The position numbers and the translations under genes are program-made. Below, in pieces: positions 1 through 9,891 of a DNA stretch of 33,086 nt. Below the pieces are notes generated by a model. That model made no database searches and was not told the origin of the DNA. It was given only the letters and a program-made list of their open reading frames with translations. This stretch comes from Patescibacteria group bacterium (GTDB lineage: Bacteria > Patescibacteriota > Minisyncoccia > Phycocordibacterales > UBA5272), in contig JAUPVO010000007.1 in NCBI GenBank assembly GCA_030916975.1, forward strand, positions 1-33,086. Reading direction: 5' to 3'. Positions within the stretch are counted from its first letter, which is position 1. Each line of letters starts with the position of its first letter.

Positions 1-889
1 ACTCTCTTTCCGGATCTATAATTATTACATTAGTATCCCACATCATACTTCTAAGTATCTCTAGCTTAGATAAGAAAGATTTACCACTACCTGACTTTGC
101 AAAAATAATACTATTGTAATTCTCTAAAGAAAATCTATCGAACAATATAAGCGAGCCATTGTGTCTATTAATTCCATACAAGATGCCTTTGTCACTAGTC
201 AAATCAAAAGACACAAAAGGAAAAGTTGAGGACAGGGGCGAAGTGTTAAGCTTGGTGGTAACCTTAAGCTGGTCTTGGGCTATTGGTAGATTAGATATTA
301 ATCCTTGATCTTGTTGGAAAAGTGCGGGTCTAAATTGTATCAAAGAACTTTCAAGTATGGACTTCAATTCCTTTTCAACTTTATCAAGATCATTATCATT
401 TCTAGCGTATAGCGTTATGTAAACTCCAACTTCAAACATTTTCTCTTGAGCTGTCATAAGATCATCACGAAGAGATTCGAGATCTTCATAAGCTGCTTCA
501 AGCATAGGATCTCGCACCAACCCCTTCTCTTCACGTATCATCATTTGGCTTTGTACTTCTGCCACTTTACGCTGAAACTGTTTCATTATCTCTCCAGTAT
601 TAATAGGAGATATATGCATAGAAACATCAAAAACTCTGTCCAGATTAATAAGCGGAGATAACCAATTATCATTCAGGTATCTTGGGTAAGACATTATAAA
701 ATACGTTCTACCTTTTATATCACCCATAATAAAATCCTTAGACTCTATATTCAAAGCCGATGGAGCCAGAGAGTCTTTTAATGACATAGTGGCTTGCTCA
801 TATATTTCGGATGGCAAAGTCGGCCTACTCTCTTGTGATGAGGCTTCCTGCTTTGTGTCTTTACCTAAAATTTTATCTAATATACTCAT
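1..889 (-). CDS. virB4: VirB4/TrbE-like type IV secretion ATPase, N-terminal ~296 codons (gene runs off the left edge)
   Basis: Minus-strand frame is open from ATG (889-887) to the window edge; it is absent from the ORF track because there is no stop in the window. My translation is MSILDKILGK...LSPLINLDRVFDVSMHISP...IIFAKSGSGKSFLSKLEIL. It shows a Walker A (GSGKS) after the N-domain pattern typical of Gram-positive-type VirB4 (PrgJ/TcpF-like). Confidence 0.75.
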   Translation of the reverse strand, partial: MSILDKILGKDTKQEASSQESRPTLPSEIYEQATMSLKDSLAPSALNIESKDFIMGDIKGRTYFIMSYPRYLNDNWLSPLINLDRVFDVSMHISPINTGEIMKQFQRKVAEVQSQMMIREEKGLVRDPMLEAAYEDLESLRDDLMTAQEKMFEVGVYITLYARNDNDLDKVEKELKSILESSLIQFRPALFQQDQGLISNLPIAQDQLKVTTKLNTSPLSSTFPFVSFDLTSDKGILYGINRHNGSLILFDRFSLENYNSIIFAKSGSGKSFLSKLEILRSMMWDTNVIIIDPERE

Positions 890-894
890 AATGT

Positions 895-1524
895 TTAAAT
901 TATCGCTTTGGATTCAATCCCGGGGTTGAATAATTCATAAAAAAGTTCCATTGCTTCTTCTGTATCTAGTTGTTTCAATCGAAGTCCACATCTAGAGAGT
1001 CCAGAAGAAACAACTGACACTCTTTCTTCAAGTTGCTGTCTGACTTTTAATAGATTAGTCTGATTATCAATGCTACTAAGCTTAGGAGTAGCTCCAAATA
1101 AACTGAGTGGCGATGAAGCTACAGACTTATTCCCTGTAATAGCTGGAGTATAAGGTACAACTACAAAAAATTGTTTCTCCATAATATTAACTTCCGACAC
1201 GAAGTTCTGAATATAATTAATATACTCTACCGTCTGCAGCTTCAAAAGCTCCTCATCTATATACTTGAGTCTATCTTGAAGAGATGCTATATAGCCATCT
1301 ATGTTGGCTCTTCTAGACTTTGCAAAAATCTGTATTGGAAAATCCAAAGAATTAAAAAAATTCTGAAACTGAGCTACTATAGCCGCTTGCTCATCTTGAC
1401 TTTTTAAAGCCAAATTAAGAGAGTTAGTAATTAATATCTCTACAAAACTTCCGTTATCGAGCTCAATTACCCCTTCATGTATGGTTTTGATTGGTACAAA
1501 TTTTTGTGAAGAATCACCTTTCAT
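895..1524 (-). CDS. Hypothetical T4SS-associated protein resembling a VirB4 N-terminal domain, without an ATPase domain
   Basis: 209-aa ORF whose stop (895-897) lies 5 nt from the virB4 ATG. The segment SLNLALKSQDEQAAIVAQFQNFFNSLDFPIQIF resembles by eye the N-domain of the downstream VirB4-like protein. No Walker motifs. Confidence 0.6.
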   Translation of the reverse strand: MKGDSSQKFVPIKTIHEGVIELDNGSFVEILITNSLNLALKSQDEQAAIVAQFQNFFNSLDFPIQIFAKSRRANIDGYIASLQDRLKYIDEELLKLQTVEYINYIQNFVSEVNIMEKQFFVVVPYTPAITGNKSVASSPLSLFGATPKLSSIDNQTNLLKVRQQLEERVSVVSSGLSRCGLRLKQLDTEEAMELFYELFNPGIESKAII

Positions 1525-1561
1525 ACTATATTAAAATTATAGCACGAAATATTTCTATAAC

Positions 1562-1969
1562 TTATCTATTTTCCACTTTTGTGTCGAGTCCTAACGCTAT
1601 ATCTTTTAGAGATTTCTTATTCTCTTTTGGTATAAGGTTGTTTTGGTTAGATTTCTGAACTATCGGCAAATCATTCCCTTCTTCTTTCTTAAGTTGTCTC
1701 CAAGTGTAAAGATTTATACCTGTATAATATCTAAAAGCATTTTCTAGGATTTCTACAAAAGTTCTATTATTAATTTTTACAAAAGCAAAAGCTAAGAAAA
1801 TTGCCACGAAAGGAGCTGACAATATCAAAGCCAATAATTTTGAATCTATAAACCTAAAGAAAATATAAGCTACACCAACTGCACCTAGCACATAAGCGGT
1901 CTGCCTCCACGTGAGAGGGCCTAGTATTTTATCTTCTATATCAATGAATTGTGGTACTCTAAACTGCAT
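1562..1969 (-). CDS. PrgI-family / VirB3-like small membrane protein
   Basis: N-terminus MQFRVPQFIDIEDKILGPLTWRQ followed by two hydrophobic spans is the PrgI-family pattern. It sits immediately upstream of the VirB4-like genes. Confidence 0.65.
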   Translation of the reverse strand: MQFRVPQFIDIEDKILGPLTWRQTAYVLGAVGVAYIFFRFIDSKLLALILSAPFVAIFLAFAFVKINNRTFVEILENAFRYYTGINLYTWRQLKKEEGNDLPIVQKSNQNNLIPKENKKSLKDIALGLDTKVENR

Positions 1970-1985
1970 ATAATTTTAATCAAAT

Positions 1986-2651
1986 CTACTCACTACGTAT
2001 TATATCATCTGGATCAGATTCTCCATGATCTATTTCCACTTCTCTTTTCATTATATTATCCTCTTCTGATGGTTTTTCTCTGTATACATCATAAGAGACA
2101 TCGTTCATACTAATCTTGGGTACAGCCACTTTAGAAGGACTGCTGCTTTGTTTTAAAATATTATCTTTTAAAATAGCGTCCCCTTCTACTTTATCTGACA
2201 CTTCACCTTCTAATGGTGTTTTATTTCTTTTACCATCATAATAATTCAGAACCTTAGGGCCAAGCATTTCTTTTCCATATGCATCTTGTATTATATTTCT
2301 AAGCGGCTCATTTTTAGCTTTATCTGTTTCTGTCCTTATATTTGGGGTTGGATTAATTTTATCCAAAATATAATCGTTAATATCTTTGGAAACTTGTTTT
2401 ACTTCTCCTCCAGTAACAAGTCCGGCCTGATCTTTAACCGCCTCTTCTATATTCTTGTAGTCGCTGATACCGAGCAAAAACATAATGACTTCAAGCTCAA
2501 TTGATTCCGATTGCTCTTCAGTTAATTTGTTAACTCTTTCGATAAGCTCCATAGTATCAGTAAAATACTTACTTCTGATAAAATCTTTAATCTCATCTTT
2601 GGCCTTATCTATCTCAAGATCTATTTCTTTTTGCAATTCTTGATTTAACAT
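1986..2651 (-). CDS. Hypothetical acidic soluble protein
   Basis: 221-aa ORF, tightly packed in the same-strand operon. No recognisable motifs. Confidence 0.6.
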   Translation of the reverse strand: MLNQELQKEIDLEIDKAKDEIKDFIRSKYFTDTMELIERVNKLTEEQSESIELEVIMFLLGISDYKNIEEAVKDQAGLVTGGEVKQVSKDINDYILDKINPTPNIRTETDKAKNEPLRNIIQDAYGKEMLGPKVLNYYDGKRNKTPLEGEVSDKVEGDAILKDNILKQSSSPSKVAVPKISMNDVSYDVYREKPSEEDNIMKREVEIDHGESDPDDIIRSE

Positions 2652-2667
2652 GTTTATATTATATCAT

Positions 2668-4983
2668 TTAATTTTCTAGAGCTTTTTCTACATCTCCTGG
2701 AACCTGTCCGTAAGCCAGACTAGGTTTCTTACTTTTATTACCTCTAAGCTTCTCAGCTTTGGTTTCTTTCATAGATTCCATCTCTTCTGCAATTCCAGAA
2801 ATATCATCCTTTAAGATATTTTGAAAATTACGAGAACCTTTGAGTGATGCTGCGAGAGAATCTCTATCAACTTTTGTATCCAAGTTTAACTGCTCCAAAC
2901 GACTACTGATCTCGTTTATTTTATTTTTGATTATTTCTTCATTTTTAGATCCAGGATTAGCTTTTTCAAGGTCTTTATTTAACATTATTATTTCCTCTTT
3001 TAAATTATTTCTTCTTCTGGTAAGATCTTGGGCTTTGATTCTGTATTCATCAATATCTTTTTCTAAATCTTTCATTGTATCTTCTTTTACTAATTTATCA
3101 TCATTTAGTCTTATAAAGGATTTACTATTTTCTTCAGAAATATTATTGTCTTTGATAAACTTTTCTCTGGCTTTAGTTTCTTTTTTTGCTAATTCTGCTT
3201 GCTCTATTTCTTTTTTCTCTTTTAATATTCTTTCTTCTGATACCCTCTTCTCTTTCTCCTTACCTATTACAAACTCACGAAGAGTGCCATCCTTAGCTGC
3301 TGACTTGAAGTCTCTAATGTCTTTAGCGTTATTAAATCCCGCCAACATATCTCTAGCTCCTGGAGTTTTATCAATAGCTTCTCCATAGAGATCTCTAACC
3401 TCTGATTTAAACTTATTGTTTTGTTCTTTTTTGCTTTTGTCTATGTTATCAACATTAAACAAAGTACTACCCACTTTACCCCCATTATCAGACAAAGATT
3501 TTGTCTTAACTCCAAACTTATCTAATTTTAGATTTTTACCAAATTCTCCAGATCCGTGCATAAGGCTAGCCCCAGCTCTGCGAAACATATTATGATCATT
3601 GGTTGTATTTTTAACCCAGTCAGACCCTCCTAAAGCTCTAGATCCTAATACTTTTCCGGCTGTTCTAAATCCATATCCAAGTACTCCTCCAGTCACGCCA
3701 AGCCCTATTGTCTTCATAGCACCCCCAACCAAACCTCCTGCTGTAGATCCTCCCATATTGGAAACCTTGCCCGCAGCAAACACGGCTAAAAATAAAGTTA
3801 CTGTTGCTAGTATTAGTGGCAAGAGATTCCCGCTTCCTATACCAGCTCCTGCTGCCACATTAACTCCAGAATTAGCCTGTCCAAGTATGCCTAGAGCAAT
3901 CCAAAACCCAAACATAAGTATCGGTGCGTATAGTAATTGCCCAATATAATTGGACCTCCAAACCTCATTAACTCTCTCAAAAGCTTTGAAGGATGACGTT
4001 AAGAACATAAGGGGAGAGAATATGACAGTAACAAGAAGTATCAGAGCTCTAACAACTATCATAATAGCTCCGTAGAGAAATACAAAGAGTACTGACACCA
4101 TGAATAGAATAGCTAACCATATCTGAGATGAACTAGTAAGCTTGGAACCAGAACCGCTTACATTACCGATGTCAGATATGAGTGGTGCCGCTCCAGTATT
4201 CCTCATAATAACCTCTGATATGCTTTTATTCTCAGCTCCTACTATACCTTGCCTAATAGACAAGGTAGTAAAATTAGACATATCAACCAAAAACTTAGCT
4301 ATAGGAAAAGAAAAATTTATTAAAAGTGCTGTCAAAATTAACCTAACTACAGACTTTCTAAAGTCAAAATTCTCTCCTTCTAGCCCCATAATATATCGGA
4401 CACCGGTATACAGAGCTGAGAATATAATTAATATATTAGTAAAATCTCTAACTATAGACCAAGCTAAATAAACCCAGGCCTTATCTGCCCCACCATCCTC
4501 TTTGAAGAGAGTTTTAATATTGAGTATAAAACCATCTACTGCTGAATCAAAAGCCTGCGAAGAATACTGAGCAATAGTAGCTGTGACATTAAGTACAAAC
4601 TTAGAAAACTCATACCATATTTCGCAAGCTGATGGAAACAAAATACCTTTTGACCCGTCACATACTGTAGGAGTATTCGTTGCCGTATTTCCAGTTAAAT
4701 TATTATTGATACCGCCGCTTTGAGTTGCGCTTTGCAGAGCCTGTTGATTGGCTGCATCCGTCTGAGCTTGTGTAGGTAAATTGGCTGCAGCTGCGTCTAT
4801 GGCAGCTTGCATTTCTGGACTAATAGAATTATCGTTCTGAGCAGATGCGCTTAGACCAAAAGACAAAATTAACAAAAGAGAAAACACAGAAAAAGTTATT
4901 ACTTTTTGTACAATTACTTTATTAAAAAAATTCTTTAAAAGCTCCAACATTGCTTTTGTTTTTGACTTTTCACTATCATTCAT
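2668..4983 (-). CDS. Polytopic membrane protein, TrbL/VirB6-like, with a long K/E-rich coiled-coil tail
   Basis: 771-aa ORF with an N-terminal signal/TM. It has many hydrophobic spans over roughly aa 120-450, a Gly-rich segment, and a C-terminal charged coiled-coil of about 250 aa. The family call rests on its position next to VirB3/VirB4 analogues (inference). Confidence 0.6.
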   Translation of the reverse strand: MNDSEKSKTKAMLELLKNFFNKVIVQKVITFSVFSLLLILSFGLSASAQNDNSISPEMQAAIDAAAANLPTQAQTDAANQQALQSATQSGGINNNLTGNTATNTPTVCDGSKGILFPSACEIWYEFSKFVLNVTATIAQYSSQAFDSAVDGFILNIKTLFKEDGGADKAWVYLAWSIVRDFTNILIIFSALYTGVRYIMGLEGENFDFRKSVVRLILTALLINFSFPIAKFLVDMSNFTTLSIRQGIVGAENKSISEVIMRNTGAAPLISDIGNVSGSGSKLTSSSQIWLAILFMVSVLFVFLYGAIMIVVRALILLVTVIFSPLMFLTSSFKAFERVNEVWRSNYIGQLLYAPILMFGFWIALGILGQANSGVNVAAGAGIGSGNLLPLILATVTLFLAVFAAGKVSNMGGSTAGGLVGGAMKTIGLGVTGGVLGYGFRTAGKVLGSRALGGSDWVKNTTNDHNMFRRAGASLMHGSGEFGKNLKLDKFGVKTKSLSDNGGKVGSTLFNVDNIDKSKKEQNNKFKSEVRDLYGEAIDKTPGARDMLAGFNNAKDIRDFKSAAKDGTLREFVIGKEKEKRVSEERILKEKKEIEQAELAKKETKAREKFIKDNNISEENSKSFIRLNDDKLVKEDTMKDLEKDIDEYRIKAQDLTRRRNNLKEEIIMLNKDLEKANPGSKNEEIIKNKINEISSRLEQLNLDTKVDRDSLAASLKGSRNFQNILKDDISGIAEEMESMKETKAEKLRGNKSKKPSLAYGQVPGDVEKALEN

Positions 4984-4995
4984 TATAGCATGAGA

Positions 4996-5039
4996 TAATT
5001 AAAAACATATTACATTTAAATGTAATATGTTTTTAATTA
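4996..5039. repeat. Perfect 44-bp palindrome (22-bp arms, no loop)
   Basis: TAATTAAAAACATATTACATTT / AAATGTAATATGTTTTTAATTA, base-by-base perfect. It lies in the 93-nt gap between the 605-aa gene stop (5077) and the 771-aa gene start (4983). Confidence 0.9.
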
Positions 5040-5076
5040 AAGTGTAAAACTATACAAATCTACTACACTTAATATT

Positions 5077-6894
5077 CTAAAAATTACTATAAGGAGTTCC
5101 GTTGGTAGATCCTCCTATAGCCTGACACTGCGCCAAAGTTCCTGCTAATGATTCAATTTCTTCATCTAAAACTTTATAAATACTCTTACCTCCTCCAGTA
5201 GTATACATAACGTCTCCTCCTCCAGCATTATTCTGCGCCTCCCTAACTTGCCAATAAGAAGCATTATTAACAGCAGCTCTATAAACCTCAGCAAACTTAG
5301 CCTGTAAATCCTTCATCTCTCTAAAATCTGTAGTGGCCTGTAGCTTAGTATACAAATCTCCAGCATTTTTCTGATCAGCAACAGCTTGATCATAAGCCTG
5401 ATTAAGAGCATCTATCTTACTGTTAACCTCAGCTGCTCTATCTTTTATATTTTGAGGTATGGAACCTGGATAAGATACCAAAGCTGGATATTGTGTTGCT
5501 TTATCTTTGTAACACATAGCAACTTCATCTAAAGCTACTTTAACTTTTTGATAAGCAGCTCGCTCTTTGTTGATTACGAAGAAAATCTCTACTGAATTTT
5601 TATTGATAAAATCATATTGTGGATTAATAACTGTTATAAAACTATTTTTATCATCATCAGATATTTTGTATATATTAGTATCTGACAAAGTAACAAGTCC
5701 AGTATTAACATTAGAACCTTGTCCGCTACCGCTACCACTACCTCCATTAGCTAAGTCATTAATCGCAGACTGAAGCCCGTTCGAAACACTATTGATGCCT
5801 GAATTGATAGCTCCTGTAACATAATTCAAACCTTTATTAATAAGCATATTAGAGAAGCTAAACATAGCCTGTGTTATAAAGTCTTCACCAAACTCATGAA
5901 CTCCGTTTAAAGAGTTTATTGGATCTTGTGTAACTTGTTTTAATTGAGATTGGGTTACAGAAGAAGGGGTTACTATTTTGTACCCTCCTGCTGGACAAGC
6001 TTCCTTACCATTATCAAGCTTAACAGGGTTGGCACATTCATACTTACCAAAAACCCCATCGCCTCTATTTAATTCGCTGTTAAAGAAATCTTTCTGCGCT
6101 TGTATATTCCTGTCCACTTCTTGCTGAGCTAATATTAATTTACCTGCGTCTGTATTGAGGTCTAAATTACTCGTTTTAATCATAATAGCATCCCAGCCTC
6201 CACAATTAAAATCCCCAGCACAAGCCTTTGCATTAACATCTCTAACATCTCTATTTCCATTACAAACAGAATTGATCTGGGCATTTTTCTCATTAATTAG
6301 CTGATCTCTGCTAGGACTAGGCTGCAAGGACTGATATCTTATCAAGTCTCTTTTAAGAGATGGGCACAGACCGTCTGCAATAGAATATTGCATATTCTGA
6401 CTAAACTGATTCTTCTGATTGGCTACATTCATAATAAGCTGCTGAGTAATCTGCCTATTCATTCCATTTAAATCAGATATCATTTTATTCTTAACTAAAA
6501 ACAATTGATCTGTAACTATATTACCGAAAAACTGCTCTGGGTTTTGCAAAAACATTGGTTTACCATTAAACCCAGAATTGATCCAGCTCAAAGTATCTCT
6601 TTTAATCTTTTCAACCATCAATTTGGCTTGATAATAAGCTAGTTTATCTAAAAATACTTCTTTACCCATAAACCAAGTATCACTATAAGCTGAGGTTATA
6701 CTCTGGGCTGTATTAATTGATTGCTCTATTGAAGTTTTTATAACATTAACCAGCTGGGGACCTGGTAGCTCAATTGAGAAAACTGTACTACCCGACGCCG
6801 CCCCAAAAGATTTTGGAGTTAAAGCAAAAGATATAACAACAAAAATGAAAAAGAAGTTTAGGATTGTTCTATTTTTAAAATTAAATATTTTCAT
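5077..6894 (-). CDS. Secreted hypothetical protein
   Basis: 605-aa ORF with an N-terminal signal-like hydrophobic segment (FFFIFVVISFALTPKSFGAASG) and a GGSGSGSGQGS linker. No known motifs. Confidence 0.7.
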   Translation of the reverse strand: MKIFNFKNRTILNFFFIFVVISFALTPKSFGAASGSTVFSIELPGPQLVNVIKTSIEQSINTAQSITSAYSDTWFMGKEVFLDKLAYYQAKLMVEKIKRDTLSWINSGFNGKPMFLQNPEQFFGNIVTDQLFLVKNKMISDLNGMNRQITQQLIMNVANQKNQFSQNMQYSIADGLCPSLKRDLIRYQSLQPSPSRDQLINEKNAQINSVCNGNRDVRDVNAKACAGDFNCGGWDAIMIKTSNLDLNTDAGKLILAQQEVDRNIQAQKDFFNSELNRGDGVFGKYECANPVKLDNGKEACPAGGYKIVTPSSVTQSQLKQVTQDPINSLNGVHEFGEDFITQAMFSFSNMLINKGLNYVTGAINSGINSVSNGLQSAINDLANGGSGSGSGQGSNVNTGLVTLSDTNIYKISDDDKNSFITVINPQYDFINKNSVEIFFVINKERAAYQKVKVALDEVAMCYKDKATQYPALVSYPGSIPQNIKDRAAEVNSKIDALNQAYDQAVADQKNAGDLYTKLQATTDFREMKDLQAKFAEVYRAAVNNASYWQVREAQNNAGGGDVMYTTGGGKSIYKVLDEEIESLAGTLAQCQAIGGSTNGTPYSNF

Positions 6895-6918
6895 ATATAT
6901 TACAAATATTATTATTTA

Positions 6919-7860
6919 TTATTTTATTAAATAATAAAACTTTCCATTTTTTATCTCGTCAGCCGAATAACCTTTTGCTTTTACTTTATCAGAATAAGTT
7001 TTAACTAGAGCATATATATTATTAACAACTTCTTTGTATTTGTTAGTTGCTATTTGGCTTTTAACTGGATCAACAGAGTACTCTGTAAATCCGTACAAAG
7101 TCAAAGCGTAATCTTCACACAGATATATAGCATCTTTGTGTAATTCCACTAAATCTTTTGGAACTTTTTGATTTTTGTAATCGGCACATAAATAATATAA
7201 ATTCTTTGTATAATTTGCAGTAAAGTCCCAATTGTTGGTACTGCTAGCCATATTACTCTCAGCTTCCTCAAGCTCCTTACCTTCACTACTTCTCATGTAA
7301 TACAAAAGTATTGCCATTTCTCCGTAATATTTAAGATAATCATCTTTGGTTGGGTTTGATATCGTATCAATGCTGTTAATTCTAATTGGTTTAAAAATAT
7401 CATTCAGCTTATTAATAAGCTCACCATTAATAGAATCTATATCTACCTGATTATCCTGCGTCTTGTATTGTCCTGTTACATATATATCTCTTGATATGAG
7501 CTCTGTAAAATTAGAAAAGTAATTAATTTTTTCATCTGCTGTGTTAGTAGCATTACCAAGATTATTTATCCCTACATTATTATCACTCGGATTAAGTCCC
7601 ATAGCGACTTCCTGCCAATTAGGGATACCATTATTGTTGCTGTCCATACCTCCGTTTTGCATCTCGGTATAACTATTAATATCAACCAAGCTAGAGGCTG
7701 ATGGAGTACTCTCTTTTGTACTTATTGTGTTAAAACTAATAAATTTAGACAACATAAAAAACAATAAAATTAATAGAGCGAGGAAAATAATTATTATTGT
7801 GTAAGCTTTATTCTTGGAGAAATTTTCATCCAGAGGTGACAAACTACTTTTATCTTTCAT
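6919..7860 (-). CDS. Membrane-anchored hypothetical protein
   Basis: 313-aa ORF with a single N-terminal TM (YTIIIIFLALLILLFFML). Confidence 0.7.
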   Translation of the reverse strand: MKDKSSLSPLDENFSKNKAYTIIIIFLALLILLFFMLSKFISFNTISTKESTPSASSLVDINSYTEMQNGGMDSNNNGIPNWQEVAMGLNPSDNNVGINNLGNATNTADEKINYFSNFTELISRDIYVTGQYKTQDNQVDIDSINGELINKLNDIFKPIRINSIDTISNPTKDDYLKYYGEMAILLYYMRSSEGKELEEAESNMASSTNNWDFTANYTKNLYYLCADYKNQKVPKDLVELHKDAIYLCEDYALTLYGFTEYSVDPVKSQIATNKYKEVVNNIYALVKTYSDKVKAKGYSADEIKNGKFYYLIK

Positions 7861-7893
7861 ATAACAAATTATATCACAATAAAAAATATAAAA

Positions 7894-9825
7894 TTATATA
7901 TATACGACTTTTCCACTGTTATTCTGTTTATAATATATTTCATTCCAATTATATATATCATCAACAAGATCGGAAAGGAATTGGCTTGGCAAGGCTATGT
8001 TACGCTGTCCAAATATGGTCCTCATCTCAGCATAAGAAAGATAAAGTTTCTTACGAGCGCGAGTTACAGCCACATAGAACAGTCTTCTTTCTTCCTCCTC
8101 TTCTTCCTTGCTTCTCTGTTTGCCTGAAAAGTTTTTAGAGGGGAATAAATCTTCTTCTAATCCTGATATAAAAACATGTTCAAATTCCAAACCTTTAGAA
8201 GCGTGTACAGTCATTAATCTAACTCCAACTTTTTCTTTTTTATCATCATCTTGATCGCTAGAAAGGGAAGTAACTTCTAAGAACTTTTCAAGCACATTAT
8301 CAAAACTACCATATATTTCTTTGGTGTAATTCTCTGATAAAGTTATAAGCTCACTTATATTAGCTAAACGCATGGCCCCATCTTCGCCATCGTCTAAAAA
8401 GGCTTGCTCCATTCTAGATTCTGTTAATATATAAGTTAATATCTCACTCAGCTCATACTGAGCATTCTCTTCTTGGTTTTCACTTTGACACATACTTTTT
8501 ATTCTATCTAACAGAACAAAAGTCTCTACGATTGCAGCTCCTCCCTTACCGCTTATCTCCTCGCCAGCAAATAACTTAGCTATACTGGCTTTACCTATAC
8601 CTCTTTTAGGGAATTCCAAAACTCTTTTGAGATCAACTTGTGAGCTTCTATTCAGAGCTACTCTTAAATAGCTCAGTACATCCTTAATCTCTTTCCTGTC
8701 GAAGAATCTAATACCTAGCACATTGTATGGAACATTTTCATTAATCATTTTCTCTTCTAATACGCGAGACTGGAAATTGGTTCTATATAGTATTGCTATT
8801 TCGCTTGGGTTAACTCCTTCCTCTATTAGCTCTTTACACTTTCTAGCAATTAATTCCGCTTCTGAGTCCCCATCAAAAGCTGGAAAGACTTCTATTTTTT
8901 CTCCTTCACCAAGGTTGGTAAAAAGCTTTTTGTCTTTGCGTACTGTGTTTTTCTTTATGGCATTGTTGGCAAGAGAAAGAATATTTTGAGTTGATCGATA
9001 ATTCTGCTCTAAAAGAATCACTTTGGCATTTTTGTAATCTTTTTCAAAACTCATAATATTTTTGAGATTAGCTCCGCGCCAAGAATAAATATTTTGATCA
9101 GTGTCACCAACTACACATATATTATTGTGTTTTTTATCAACTAAGAGTTGTATTAGCTCATATTGTGAATTATTAGTGTCTTGATATTCATCAACATGTA
9201 TATACTTAAAAAGGTTCTGATATTTCTCCCTGACCTCTTGATTATCTCTTAAAAGCTCTACACATCTAACTATAAGATCATCAAAATCTACAGCCCCCAT
9301 CTCTCTAAGTTTTCTATTATAATAATCCCATGAATTAGCAACAACTTCCATAGAATAATTCATAATTTTAGACCTGTAGTTTTGCACTGTTTTAAAATCC
9401 CCCTTTTCTCTACTGATAGAAGATCTAATCTTGCTCGGGTCGTAAACCTTAGTATCATAACCAGCACTTTCAAGATATTCTTTGATAAGACTTCTTGTAT
9501 CATCTGTATCAAGTATAGTAAAGTTCTTTACAAGACCAAGAGAAGCATGTTCTCTTTTTAACAAATACAACCCAAGTGAGTGAAAAGTTTTAACCATTGG
9601 AAGATCAGATTCTCCTTTAAAAAATCTATAGTCTTCTCTGTGCAAATCAAAATTGTCGATAACTTTTTCTTCAACTAGCCTTTGCGTTATCCTTTCTCTC
9701 ATCTCGCTAGCAGCCTTGTTAGTAAAAGTCACACACAAGATATTGTTAGGATTCACTCTATTCCTTATTATTTCAAGCACTCTCTCTACTATAGTTTTGG
9801 TTTTGCCTGCTCCAGCGCCAGCCAA
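7894..9825 (-). CDS. uvrD: UvrD/PcrA-family ATP-dependent DNA helicase (true start probably upstream, see findings)
   Basis: Helicase motifs present: AGAGAGKTKT, VDEYQDTN, GDTDQNIYSWRGA, LEQNYRST, VHASKGLEF, YVAVTRA. The track start at 9825 is a TTG inside motif I. In-frame codons 9826-9891 encode LRNNLNERQLEAVKTIDGPVLI, the canonical N-terminus. Confidence 0.9.
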   Translation of the reverse strand: MAGAGAGKTKTIVERVLEIIRNRVNPNNILCVTFTNKAASEMRERITQRLVEEKVIDNFDLHREDYRFFKGESDLPMVKTFHSLGLYLLKREHASLGLVKNFTILDTDDTRSLIKEYLESAGYDTKVYDPSKIRSSISREKGDFKTVQNYRSKIMNYSMEVVANSWDYYNRKLREMGAVDFDDLIVRCVELLRDNQEVREKYQNLFKYIHVDEYQDTNNSQYELIQLLVDKKHNNICVVGDTDQNIYSWRGANLKNIMSFEKDYKNAKVILLEQNYRSTQNILSLANNAIKKNTVRKDKKLFTNLGEGEKIEVFPAFDGDSEAELIARKCKELIEEGVNPSEIAILYRTNFQSRVLEEKMINENVPYNVLGIRFFDRKEIKDVLSYLRVALNRSSQVDLKRVLEFPKRGIGKASIAKLFAGEEISGKGGAAIVETFVLLDRIKSMCQSENQEENAQYELSEILTYILTESRMEQAFLDDGEDGAMRLANISELITLSENYTKEIYGSFDNVLEKFLEVTSLSSDQDDDKKEKVGVRLMTVHASKGLEFEHVFISGLEEDLFPSKNFSGKQRSKEEEEEERRLFYVAVTRARKKLYLSYAEMRTIFGQRNIALPSQFLSDLVDDIYNWNEIYYKQNNSGKVVYI

Positions 9826-9891
9826 TATAAGAACTGGTCCATCTATAGTTTTAACTGCTTCTAATTGTCTTTCATTTAAATTATTCCTTAA

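Noticed and set aside
2840-4471. Plus-strand ORFs inside the VirB6-like gene (2840-3388, 3599-3949, 4142-4471), and similar antisense ORFs inside other large genes (for example 9653-10195 and 26842-27384)
   Set aside because: These are shadow ORFs antisense to long genes that sit tightly packed in same-strand operons. Their translations are repetitive S/L/F/I-rich sequence and they have no expression signals.
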